64,000 nt of DNA from Phyllosticta citribraziliensis. Its lineage: Eukaryota. The stretch lies in assembly GCF_038025025.1 (NCBI RefSeq), contig NW_027117338.1, forward strand, positions 2,914,001-2,978,000, in the 5' to 3' direction. A program made the position numbers and the translations under genes. The first letter of the stretch is position 1. Every line of letters starts with the position of its first letter. Below the pieces are notes generated by a model, which was not told the DNA's origin, did not search any database, and saw nothing but the letters and a program-made list of their open reading frames with translations. Below are positions 47,021 to 57,628 of this stretch, piece after piece.

Positions 47021-48439
47021 CTACGCTGCTCCCTCGGCATCAGCCGCAAACACGGGTGGCGCTGGTATCCCGCTCTCCGGCTTTTGCCCGTAGATGATGT
47101 AAAACGGCATGAAGGCGTGAGTCTCGGGCGCCAAGTACGCTTTGCGCACATTGGCCAGAAAGACGGTAATCTCCTCCTTGCTCCAGCCGAGCCCGCGGGT
47201 CAGCGGACCCAGCGCAATGGCTTCGAGCCCCTCCATCAGCACGGCGCGCCAGTACAGGCCAACTTCGCGAAGGTGTCGGTTCTTGGGCCAGGGGCCAATC
47301 GGCGTGTAAAAGACCCTCTCAGTGACATTGACGAAACCCGCGTCCCGCATTTGTTTGGCTATCTCTGGGGCAGTCCGAAAGGGGACACCTACGTTGGCCA
47401 AGCCGTCGGTCACGTAGGTCCAGTATTCGACCATGGGGTTGTCGGGCTCGAGGGTCGAGTCGTGGCACATGGGCATGTGGTCGATTTCTTGGCTCTCGAT
47501 CCAGGCGCCGGGTTTGAGGTGCCTGAAGGTGTTGGAAGCTGCTACAAAAGGGTGTGATTGGAGAGGAGTACGCACTTGAAGGCGCGCCTCATCAGCTGCG
47601 GCCAGTTGCGGAATCCTTGGACCGTGTGCCGAGTGTGGATGTAGTCAAAGTGATTGCGCGGGTGCAGCCAGTCATCTTCGGCGTCGTCGACCATGAATTT
47701 CTTTTGCGGGTCGAGGTCAGCAGGGGTGGTGAAGAAGTGGTCAGACAATATATGCACTCACGCAGTTGGTGGGCACCCACTCGGTCTGGATGGGGCTGAG
47801 GTCGATGCCGAGGACATTGGCATTGGGGTACAGGTCGGCGACTGGGCCAAAGGGAGAAATGTAAGCGGGCGTGCAGGAGATAGGGTGCGGGCGAATCTCA
47901 CTCACAGTCGATTGCCCAGATGCCTGTGCCGGTGCCCACTAAAGCGCATCCTTGTCAATAGTTTTTCGAGGGTTGGATGACGGGACGGACAGGCACTCAC
48001 AGTCGATGGCGTTGAGGGGCTTTTCTGGGTCGAGCGGGGCAAAGTGCAGGGTGCCGTTGAAGAGCTTCAGGTACATTGCGTGCTTGAGGTCCTCGCGGTC
48101 TTGCTCGCGGTCATCGTTTGGGAAAGAGTAAGAGCCCTCGCGGAAGCCGTGATAGCGGCGTCCATTTTCGTAAATGAAGTTGCGGGCTTCGGAAGCCAGC
48201 GAGGCCGAGGTTGCCGACGCAGCATCGCTCTCGTAGCCGGGGTCCTCTTCTGATGTGTAGTCGTTTGCTTCAATGCCGTCCTCTGCCTGCTCAAAAGCGT
48301 CGGCTTGTTCCTGGGCGGTGATGGCGTGCGAGGAGGTCGGGTCGGCGGCGAGGTCGCGGGCGGACACGGGATCGAGCGACGGGCCCTGGTCGTGTTCGAC
48401 GAGAGAGTCGTGGAGAGAGGCTTTGGATTGAGAGGCCAT
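47021..48439 (-). CDS. LaeA-like (TAM-domain) SAM-dependent methyltransferase; exons 48439-48001, 47938-47906, 47841-47762, 47700-47576, 47522-47021
   Basis: YENGRRYH, FPNDDREQDREDLKH, DLGTGTGIWAIDFAD, GIDLSPIQ, FDYIHTR, LKPGAWIE, PIGPWP and IYGQKP. Confidence 0.92.
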
Positions 48440-48865
48440 TTGAGGTTGAGGACGGGAGTGTCAGGTCAGGTCAGGTCGAGGGAGAGGTGTGGGGCGCACC
48501 GGCACTGGCACTGGCACTGGCACTGGCACAGACTCGGGCTCAGGCTGAAGTCAGGCTCAGGCTCAGGCTGGGCGCCACGGGTGAGATGATGTACTTTTAT
48601 CGAGCGGAGCATCAAGTGGCGTCGCTAGCTCGCGACAGGAACAAAGGGCGGCCATAATGGCATTTGACGTGTGTTGTCGCGAGTGAGTGATATGATGTAC
48701 CTAGGGTGCTATGCTGTGCCGCAACCCGACCCCAGACAGCTGCGAAGACCCTTGCCCTGCCCTGCCCTGCCCTGCGCTTGCCCCTCGCTGCCAGATAAAT
48801 CGCAAACCCCATCCGCCTCCAGCACAACCCTTGTACGCTATCCACTCCCTCGGTCTCGCTCGACC

Positions 48866-50755
48866 ATGGCCCAGAACCATAACTCAAACTCGCGTCTCAC
48901 CCACCTCACCACCACCATCGCCCGCGAGACGGCCAAGATTCAGGACTATTTTGTTCAACACGGCCTCCCCGACCTCTCCTTCGACCTTTCTGCCCCCCTC
49001 GACTTTCCCGTGTCGGCCGCCAATGCCGAAATCCAGGCATCCCGCCGCCTAGTCATCAATGCTACCCACGAGCTGCACGACCTCATGGTTGGGCCGAGCC
49101 AGAGCTTGAGGTGGCTTGGCTGGAGCGTACGTCGTGTTTCTCGTTGCTTTTTCCTCAGCCGTTGGTGCGACCTGACCTGACCTGACCTGACCCGACCCGA
49201 CCAGTACAACGACAACCTCAGCCTCAATGCCGTCTACCGTTTCAACATTGCCCAAGCGGTTCCCCTCGACCATCCCGTGTCCTTTGACCATGTCGCCAAA
49301 GCCACCGGCGTCGACCTTGTCAACGTCAAGCGCCTTGTGCGCCATGCAATGACCAACCGCATCTTCTGCGAGCCGCGCGAGGGCTACGTCGCCCATACCG
49401 CCGCTTCGCGCGTCCTGCTCGATGACCCCACCATGAAGGATTGGGTTGGACTGTGTACTTCTGACTTCTTCCCAGCCGCCGCTGCGACGGTTCCCGCCAT
49501 GGTCAAGTGGCCCGGCTCGCAAGAGCCAACCCAGTGCGGCTTTTCGCACGCTTGGAACATAGACGTGCCCATGTTTGTCGAAATCGGCAAGAACCCAGCC
49601 CGCGCGAAGCGCTTCGGCCGCGCCATGCAGAGCCTGACGGGCGGCGCGGGCTACGAAATCGACTATCTCGTCCACGGTTATCCTTGGGAGGCACTCGGAG
49701 ATGCTGTGGTCGTCGATGTCAGTTTTGACTTTTGTGATGGGTGCATGCCAAAACTGATGGATTCCAGGTTGGCGGGTCGCATGGCTTTGTGCCCGTCGCA
49801 CTAGGCAAACAATTCCCCCGACTGCGCTTCGTCGTCCAAGACTTGCCCAAGACGGTCGCTGGCGGTCCTGCCACCGTCCCCAACGACCTCTCGGACCGCA
49901 TTCAATTTCAGGCACATGATTTCTTCGACCAACAGCCAGCTCATGGCGCAGACGTCTTCTTTTTCCGGTGGATCTTCCACAACTGGTCTGACAAGTATTG
50001 CATCCAAATTCTCAAGAACCTGATCCCGGCCCTGAAGCCAGGCGCCCGAGTGCTCATCAATGAGAACATGCTGCCAAAGCCAGGATCGGAAGATCCGTGG
50101 GATGAAAAGATTATCCGGTACGTGCTTGATTCCCTAACCCACCGCGACTCGCTCTGACATGACTAGGACCATGGACCTGACCATGCTAGAGCTCCTCAAT
50201 GCTCGTGAACGTGCCGAAGAAGACTACGCCCAGCTGTTCCGTGAGGCCGATTCACGCTTCAAATTTCTCGGCTTCAAGAGGCCTGCCGGCAGTCTTACGT
50301 GCATCATTGAAGCCGTCTGGCTCCCGAAGCTCAACACCGACGATAATTACGTCACCAACGAGCCTCAAAGCAAACAAGCCGTTGCTACCGAGGGTGGCGC
50401 GACATCCGAAGCACAAAGCTTTGACAAGGACCGGGAGCTTAACAAGACGCCCGTTCTTGGCGTCGACACGCCCATGGAGATGCACTTTGCGCCCTTGACG
50501 ACTGGCTCGAACGCTCTCGAAGTGGTCATGGCCTCGACGCCTGCAGTCCAGACTCCGCTCGGCGCGAAACATATCGAATGTATTGGAAGCGGGTTCCTAC
50601 CGCCCGACGAAGGGCCTAGCGGACCACCCGCTTCGAGTCAACTGCAGCCTCCCAGGATACACGTGGACAGCGGCAGCGGTCCAGAACAAGCGACTGGCTC
50701 ATCTACAATTGCAGACGATGCAATCGCTGGCGCATCGTCATCGCAGCCGAAATAG
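48866..50755 (+). CDS. O-methyltransferase (fungal OmtA-like, Methyltransf_2); exons 48866-49126, 49205-49717, 49768-50117, 50167-50755
   Basis: Winged-helix region RLVRHAMTNRIF..VAHTAAS, VVDVGGSHG SAM motif, VQDL, HDFF, RWIFHNWSD, MDLTML..NARER. Confidence 0.92.
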
Positions 50756-52500
50756 ACGACATCCACCGTTTGCGCTAGGTGCTGATGGAGGTTTGTCAAA
50801 AGCGTGTCCCGCCTCGACGCCGCCTACCATCTGCGCCAAATTCTCACGACCTTTTCGTTTTATCCAATGACAGATTTCTCGGTGGGTTCTCTCGTTTCGC
50901 GCATAGCCTGGCATCATCGTTCTTTGACATCTTTTCTCGTCCGGCTTCGTTTCATACCCCATGTCAGCGATCGGTTGCAAGTGAGCGTTGATTAGAAGTG
51001 TCATGGTGGAGTTTGCTTTTGGGGCTTTGCATTTTGCTTCTTCTCGACATCGATCTATCCTCTGCATTTATAATGCTATGAACCTCGTGTGCAGACTCGG
51101 TAGAGGTGGCAGGGATCACAGTCCACGCTGGCGCTCAGAATTGGCACATTCGGCATCAAAGCTTTTGACTCTTCTCGGGCTAAAGACATCTCCTTTACAT
51201 TCATGGTCGGTCTTCTCTGATTGGATCCGGCCCTGCTTACTTGTCTGATTTCGGTGGCCGCTCTTTGCGCTCCCCCGCCTTTCGTGCCCCCGCTTTTGCA
51301 GCCCAGTGGCTGTCTCTCCCGCCGCGGCATGTTCCCTGCCAAAACCTACACTCCTCTCGCCCTTGACGCTAAACGCCCATAGTGGGCAATGAATGCGAAC
51401 GCGAACTCCTCCTTTGCGGATCTCGTTCGGAACAGTCTTGATCTGTCGCGCTCGTTGGCAATATGGCTCCACAGACTGCCAATGCCAAGGTGGGGGCCAA
51501 GCAGTTGGTAATCGCCCGTTGCTCGCCTGTTCGGTCTACGGCGCGTTCCCTGGATGCGGGTGTCGCCGAAGGGAGAATATCGGAGAGCGCAAACGGGCCG
51601 TGAGCTGGAGAACGTCCGGGGGAATTGGGTGCGGCGCCCCATGCCGAGCCGAGTCCATCTCCACTCTCCGCTGTTAGACTCTTCTCTTCGCTCACGAGAC
51701 CACTTTGTCATCTCGGCATTCGCCTTGCGCTGGACTGACGTCTCCTGAGGAAAAGCACCATCCACCAGCTGTCGCTGGTCTTTCAGTTCTGTCGGTCCTA
51801 TTCGGTAACAACGGCGAGCGTGGAGAGGATCTGTGGCGCTGAACCTCTGGGCCCACTTCCATCGTCAGACAAAATCGAACGGTGCTTAAAAGAGTTGACG
51901 GAGAGCGGCTCCGGGGTGAATGACGCAGATGGTGGCGCGATGGGAAAATTTCCCCGCGAGTTCCCCGCTTCTTTGCAGGGCAGGCTTGGCCGGCGGTTTC
52001 CTGGACGCGACTGGCCGAGCCATGGATTGCTTTGTTGTCGCCCTCGTGTTTGAGCCGCGGTCGCTACCTCCTTCACCAAAACTTGCGGTACTCAGTCCGA
52101 GATCAACATGACGTAAACTGTTCAGCTACGGCCGCTGTCCAAGTGGAATTCTGGTGTATTCGCTGCAGTATTGTTGCTTCCATCACTGCCTCCTTGCCCA
52201 GGTGTGCCAACGCTGGGTCTCGTGAGAGGACATGGCTCCATGGCTTGAGCTTTCAATCTGGGCGCAGGTCCGGGCGGTACGATGATGTCCCTTCTCGCCG
52301 TGTACTGCTGTGCGGCACGACTAGCAGGGCGCCCTGGGTAAATTCTGGTATTCTAACATGACCTTTAAAAGGCCTTGACGCCCGGCATGGGCTTGATTGG
52401 AGCTAGCCCCGATTGTTCACCCCTCTCCACCCGTCCTCTAGACATCAGGAACTGTAGCACAGCTGTAGCCAAGGCACAACTGCCACTTGCTTGTCCAGTC

Positions 52501-54333
52501 ATGAAGTCTTCGCGGGTCGCTGCCGTCGGGACGGCCCTTGTCGGCCTCGGTGCCGCAGATGCTGGCACCCCGGCGGTGTACATTGGCCCTGGTGTGCCTT
52601 CTGGAACCCCAATTGCGGCCAACTATACGGGTCCGTTGAGGCCGCAGGCTCATTATTCGCCTCCCACGGTAGTCGGCCCTGGTTCCTGGGGATGATCGTC
52701 GACACTGACGTCTACAGGCCTTTATGAATGACCCCAATGGCTGCTTCCTCGACGCCAGTGGCACTTGGCACGTCTACTACCAGTGTGAGTACCTACAGCC
52801 CGAGTAGTCCAGATAAGACCCTTGCTGATCCTTCCAGACAACCCCACGGATGTGGTTGCCGGGAACCAGCATTGGGGCCACGCTACTAGCAAGGACCTGT
52901 ACCACTGGGACAACCAGCCAATCGCCCTCTTCCCTCCCGATGCCGACACCAACGTCTTCTCGGGCTCTGCTGTGATTGACCCGGAAAACACGTCTGGGTT
53001 CTTCCCCAGCCAGGACAATGGTGTAGTGGCAATCTACACGCTCAACACCGACACCAAGCAGACCCAGAACATTGCCTACTCGTACGATGACGGCTACACG
53101 TTCATCCCATACGAAAACAACCCCGTCATCGACAGCGAGTCGAACCAGTTCCGTGACCCCAAGGTCATCAAGTATGAGGACACATGGGTCATGGTCGTGG
53201 CCTTTTCGCAAGAATTCGTCATTGGCTTCTACACGTCCAAGGACCTCAAGACTTGGGAGTTTGCGTCCAACTTCTCGCACCACGGCCTGCTGGGCACGCA
53301 GTACGAGTGCCCGAACCTGCAAAAGATGCCCATCAAGGACACCGACGAGACCAAGTACGTGCTGACCATCAGCATTAACCCCGGCGCGCCGCTCGGCGGC
53401 TCCATCATGGAGTACTTCCCAGGCGACTTTAACGGTACACACTTTACGCCTGTCGACAATGCTGCACGCATTGCCGACTTTGCCAAGGACAATTACGCTG
53501 GCCAGTTCTTCTATGGTGTCCCCGAGACGGAGCCCGCCGTATCCATTGCCTGGGCCTCCAACTGGCAGTACACGCAGAACGTGCCCACGGCCGACGAGGG
53601 CTGGCGCAGCGTCATGTCGCTGCCGCGCATCAACTACCTGACCAACATCACGCGCCTGGGTTGGGACATGGTGTCCCTCCCATACGACGTATCGCCAGTG
53701 CTCGGCGACGAACTAACAGCCTCCAACGCCGACGCCGCCAGTCTGGTCAACAAGTCACTCGCAATCGACTTTTCGTCGGCCGCCTCCAACGCCCTCTACT
53801 TCAACGCGTCCGTCAGTGGCCTTCCGCCGGTCAAGAACATCTCGGCCTCGGCCTGGTTCAACTTCACCTTCCTGTCGCCCGTCTCGGGCGAGAGCCTGTC
53901 TGGCGGCTACCAGTTCGGCGGCGACAACCCGTTCTTCGTGTCGCGCGAGCGCACGCGGGGTTTCGACAACCCGTTCTTCACGGACAAGGCGTCCATCTCG
54001 CAGCTGCTCGACCCGGCGGGCACGTGGTCCATTGCCGGCTTCATCGACCGCAGCATCTTCGAGGTCTTTTTGGACGGCGGCATCTTCTCGGGCACCGTCA
54101 CGTTCTTCCCGACTGCCCCGCTGTCCATTTTCAGTGCGGCGACGGGCGGCTTGCCTGAGGGTGCGCAGGTGCAGGTGAAGGTTTGGGAGGTCAAGAGCGC
54201 GTGGGCGGAGAAGGAGGATGAGAATGGCACGGTTAGGGGTAATGTCACGGCCAACGGTGGCCAGAAGCATAAGAGGGCCGTGTACGACGCGGGCCTGCAG
54301 GGACAGCGCCTGGATGTGGCGGCGCGGCTCTGA
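52501..54333 (+). CDS. Secreted GH32 beta-fructofuranosidase/invertase; exons 52501-52668, 52718-52784, 52838-54333
   Basis: Signal peptide, FMNDPNG nucleophile, HWGHATS, FSGSAV, FRDP and YECP catalytic motifs, and the DRSIFEVF C-terminal beta-sandwich motif. Confidence 0.95.
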
Positions 54334-55188
54334 ATGTTGTAGCTTGGCCATGGGTTTGAGCGATTCGAGCTGTTTGTAATGCCGTAATGGATAAATGTTC
54401 TCCTGATTTTTCGTCGCGTCGTTGACCATCTGTGTTTGTTTCCCACCGCATCGTGGGAAAGGCGCCGCAAATGCATCCTTAGATTTTCATCATCATCGCT
54501 GAGAAATCGTCAAGACATAAGGCTGGAGAAATGCAGCATTCACAAGGTGTAGACTTCAATTGTGCGAGAGAGAGCACTTCCCTAGACCTTGTTTCAATGT
54601 TTTCTCCAAAAAGAAACAATCGATCACAAAAGGGAAAAAAAGAAGAAGCTACAGCTTTGAGAGTGAGGACCAATTGACCGTCTCAACCTCTTTGCACCTC
54701 TCCGCTGGCTTCGTCACTTTCCTGGAAATCACGTGCCGTCGCTACCGAGCAAAATTGGCCAACAATTTTCGGCCGCCGCCTCTTTTTTCGGGCTGCGACT
54801 CTCCAACTAGCGAAAGACGACGACGAGCAACACTCTTTTACGGCGACCGTCCTGTCAGTCTACTGAAACGCGAACCTACGCCCTAGAGATCTGGAGAGAA
54901 GGACTGCTACGTGTTTTCCAGCTGCAGCGGTCGTGATTTTGGGGAAAAGAGCTTGGGCGACTTTTTTGGGGTGTGACAGGCGGCGGCCACGTCATTTTTG
55001 GCTTTTGCCTGGGTGCTTTTCTCTGCATTTTCTGGGAGTTGGAAAGAGATTTGCTTGAGGATTCTTCGAGAGAAAGAAAAAGAGAGGAATTAAAGACCGG
55101 TAGCATTTCGAAAAAGGAAGAGAGGCGCAACAGGAAAGAAAAGAGCCAGGAAATAGCCCAACACCAACCTCACATCCTAACGACCACC

Positions 55189-57519
55189 ATGGAACCCACG
55201 CACCCACTCCCTCTTCCTCCGCACTTCGCCTCGCTTCCCTCTTCTCCCTCTGGTCCGTCTCCTACTGATGCATACATCTCCTCGCTCCTCCGCTTCGGCA
55301 CGACCAGCACCATGCTGCGCACGCTCTGCGGCGGCGTGCACATCCTCGACTTCTTCACCCGCACGCCCGACCTCTACTCGCAAGTGCTGCCGGCCAGCTG
55401 GCGCGCCTGGTTCCGCAGCCAGGAAATCGCGCGCATCCTCGACTTCCTGATGCGCGACGACGTGTCCGGCTTCGACGACGGCCGGGCCCAGGCCGACGTG
55501 TACGACGCGGACGAGGCCGACATTGGCAACGACGAAGACCCGCAGGACTACGCTGACTCGAGTGCGCCGCCGCCGCCCAGCTTGGTCCGCTTCGTCAAGG
55601 ACGTCCGCATGCATCTGCTCGATCGCGAGTGGCGCGAGCCGCCTGGCGCGCCGACGCACCGCCTCCCGCGGCCGCTGGCTCTCGGCATGAAGGTCAAGAA
55701 GCTGCATGAGGTGGAGCACTTTGCGGCGTTTGTTGACCGGTTGGCCAAGGACATTTCGTCCACGTCAGTCGATGGGGGAAGGCAAGGGGCAGAGGCAGTT
55801 GGGGAAGGGAAAAGAAGCAACGGGATCACTCATGTTGCCGATTTTGGTTCGGGTCAGAATTATCTGGGTCGCGCGCTGGCGTGTCCGCCGTACAGTCGGA
55901 ATATTATTGCGATTGAGAGTCGCGAGCACAATATTGCTGGCGCAAGGGGCATTGACGTGCTGGCCAAGTTGGCGCCGAAGAAGGTGGTGTGGAGAAATAA
56001 GAAGGAGTGGAAGAGGGTCAAGGACGATGCCAAGGCACGAGGGGAAAAGGTCAAGTGGAACAGAAGGGAAGAGATGAGGAATGATTTCGACGTCGAGGGA
56101 AGGGAGGAAGCTTGTGACGAGTGCGGAACCAACGGGGAAAAGGAGGAAGTGAACGGAGAAAATGGGGACGCGAACGCGGATGAAGCATCACCACGGGAGA
56201 CGACAGAGACGGCAGCCGAAGGCCTCCCTGAAGAGTTCCGCAATGTGGAGTTAGAAGATCTGGCCTCGGACGAAGCAAGTTCTACACCAGCAAAGCCCTT
56301 TTCTCCAAACAACTCGTACACCAAGAAGAAGACGACGCTCGAAGTATCGTCCACTGGCCGCGGTACCATCCAGTACGTCACGCACCGCCTCGAAGACGGC
56401 AACCTCAGCAACGTCATCGGCCAAATCCTCGACCCATCCAAAGTCGACCAACAACCCACGGCCGAAATCAAAGAAGCCGCCTCATCGACCGACACGCCGC
56501 TCCTCACCTCCTCTCCCAGCGTCACACCCACAACCACGGCCCGCGACCCCGGTCTGATGGTCATCTCGCTGCACTCCTGCGGCAACCTGCTGCACCACGG
56601 GCTGCGCTCGCTGACGCTCAACCCGTCGGTCCGCGCCGTCGCCATGATCGGCTGCTGCTACAACCTCCTGACCGAGCGCCTGGGCCCGCCATCGTACAAG
56701 CTGCCCCAGCTCCGCCCCAACCACCCGCGCCTCGAGGCCACGGCCAACGCCCACGACCCGCACGGCTTCCCCATGTCCGCCCGCTACGCCGCGTACGGCA
56801 TCCCGGGGACAAGTGGTGACACGGGCGTCCGGCTCAACATCACGGCGCGCATGATGGCGGTGCAGGCGCCGCAGAACTGGGGCCCGCGCGACAGCGACGC
56901 CTTCTTCACGCGCCACTTCTACCGCGCGCTGCTGCAGCGCGTCATGCTAGAGCGCGGCATTGTCGAGGCGCCAAAGGTGCGGACTGCTGACAACGAGGGC
57001 GGCGAAAAGCAGGCTGCTGGAGGATACTACGTCGTGGGCGGCCGGCAAGTCGGCGGCCCCGTCTCCCCAGCGGGCACAGGCGACGAGAGCGGCGACCCAC
57101 TCGTCATCGGCACGCTGCCCAAGAGCTGTTACCGCTCGTTCGTGGCGTACGTGCGTAGCGCCGTGTCCAAGATCCTATCCGCGCCGTCCGCGTCGCCGTA
57201 CACCACCAACAAAGACAACAGCACCTCCTCCGCAAGCGAAGACGAGCGCAAACGGCTCATCACCGAGCGTATGACGGCGCCCGCGCTCTCCGATGCCGAC
57301 ATCGCTGCATACGAGGCGGCGTACGCCGAGCGCAGGAAGGAGCTCAGCGTCGTGTGGAGCCTAATGGCGTTTGCGGCGGGCGTGGTTGAGGCGATGATTG
57401 TCGTCGATCGCTACTGTTGGCTGCGGGAGCAGGAGGGCGTGAAGAGGGCGTGGGTGCAGACGGGGTTTGAGTATGGTCTGAGTCCGAGGAATCTGGTGGT
57501 TGTGGGGGTTAAGGGGTAA
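55189..57519 (+). CDS. METTL25/RRNAD1-like methyltransferase (Methyltransf_32), intronless
   Basis: GMKVKKLHEV, DFGSGQNYLGR, SLHSCGNL, GCCYN, GFPMS, VEAMIVVDR and LSPRNLVVVG. First ATG is at 55189. Confidence 0.88.
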   Translation: MEPTHPLPLPPHFASLPSSPSGPSPTDAYISSLLRFGTTSTMLRTLCGGVHILDFFTRTPDLYSQVLPASWRAWFRSQEIARILDFLMRDDVSGFDDGRAQADVYDADEADIGNDEDPQDYADSSAPPPPSLVRFVKDVRMHLLDREWREPPGAPTHRLPRPLALGMKVKKLHEVEHFAAFVDRLAKDISSTSVDGGRQGAEAVGEGKRSNGITHVADFGSGQNYLGRALACPPYSRNIIAIESREHNIAGARGIDVLAKLAPKKVVWRNKKEWKRVKDDAKARGEKVKWNRREEMRNDFDVEGREEACDECGTNGEKEEVNGENGDANADEASPRETTETAAEGLPEEFRNVELEDLASDEASSTPAKPFSPNNSYTKKKTTLEVSSTGRGTIQYVTHRLEDGNLSNVIGQILDPSKVDQQPTAEIKEAASSTDTPLLTSSPSVTPTTTARDPGLMVISLHSCGNLLHHGLRSLTLNPSVRAVAMIGCCYNLLTERLGPPSYKLPQLRPNHPRLEATANAHDPHGFPMSARYAAYGIPGTSGDTGVRLNITARMMAVQAPQNWGPRDSDAFFTRHFYRALLQRVMLERGIVEAPKVRTADNEGGEKQAAGGYYVVGGRQVGGPVSPAGTGDESGDPLVIGTLPKSCYRSFVAYVRSAVSKILSAPSASPYTTNKDNSTSSASEDERKRLITERMTAPALSDADIAAYEAAYAERRKELSVVWSLMAFAAGVVEAMIVVDRYCWLREQEGVKRAWVQTGFEYGLSPRNLVVVGVKG

Positions 57520-57628
57520 GAGATTTGAAGATATATGAGACAGGGGGCGGCAACGAGTGGACATGGGATGTTCAGATCTAAAACCTTTCTTATCTTCTGA
57601 TACTGGTCTACACACCGACACGAGCAAC

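Noticed and set aside
51300..52400. CGG triplets and SYGGRG sites upstream of the invertase as InuR/CreA sites
   Set aside because: I found no CGG-N8-CGG spacing, and short motifs are expected by chance at this GC content.
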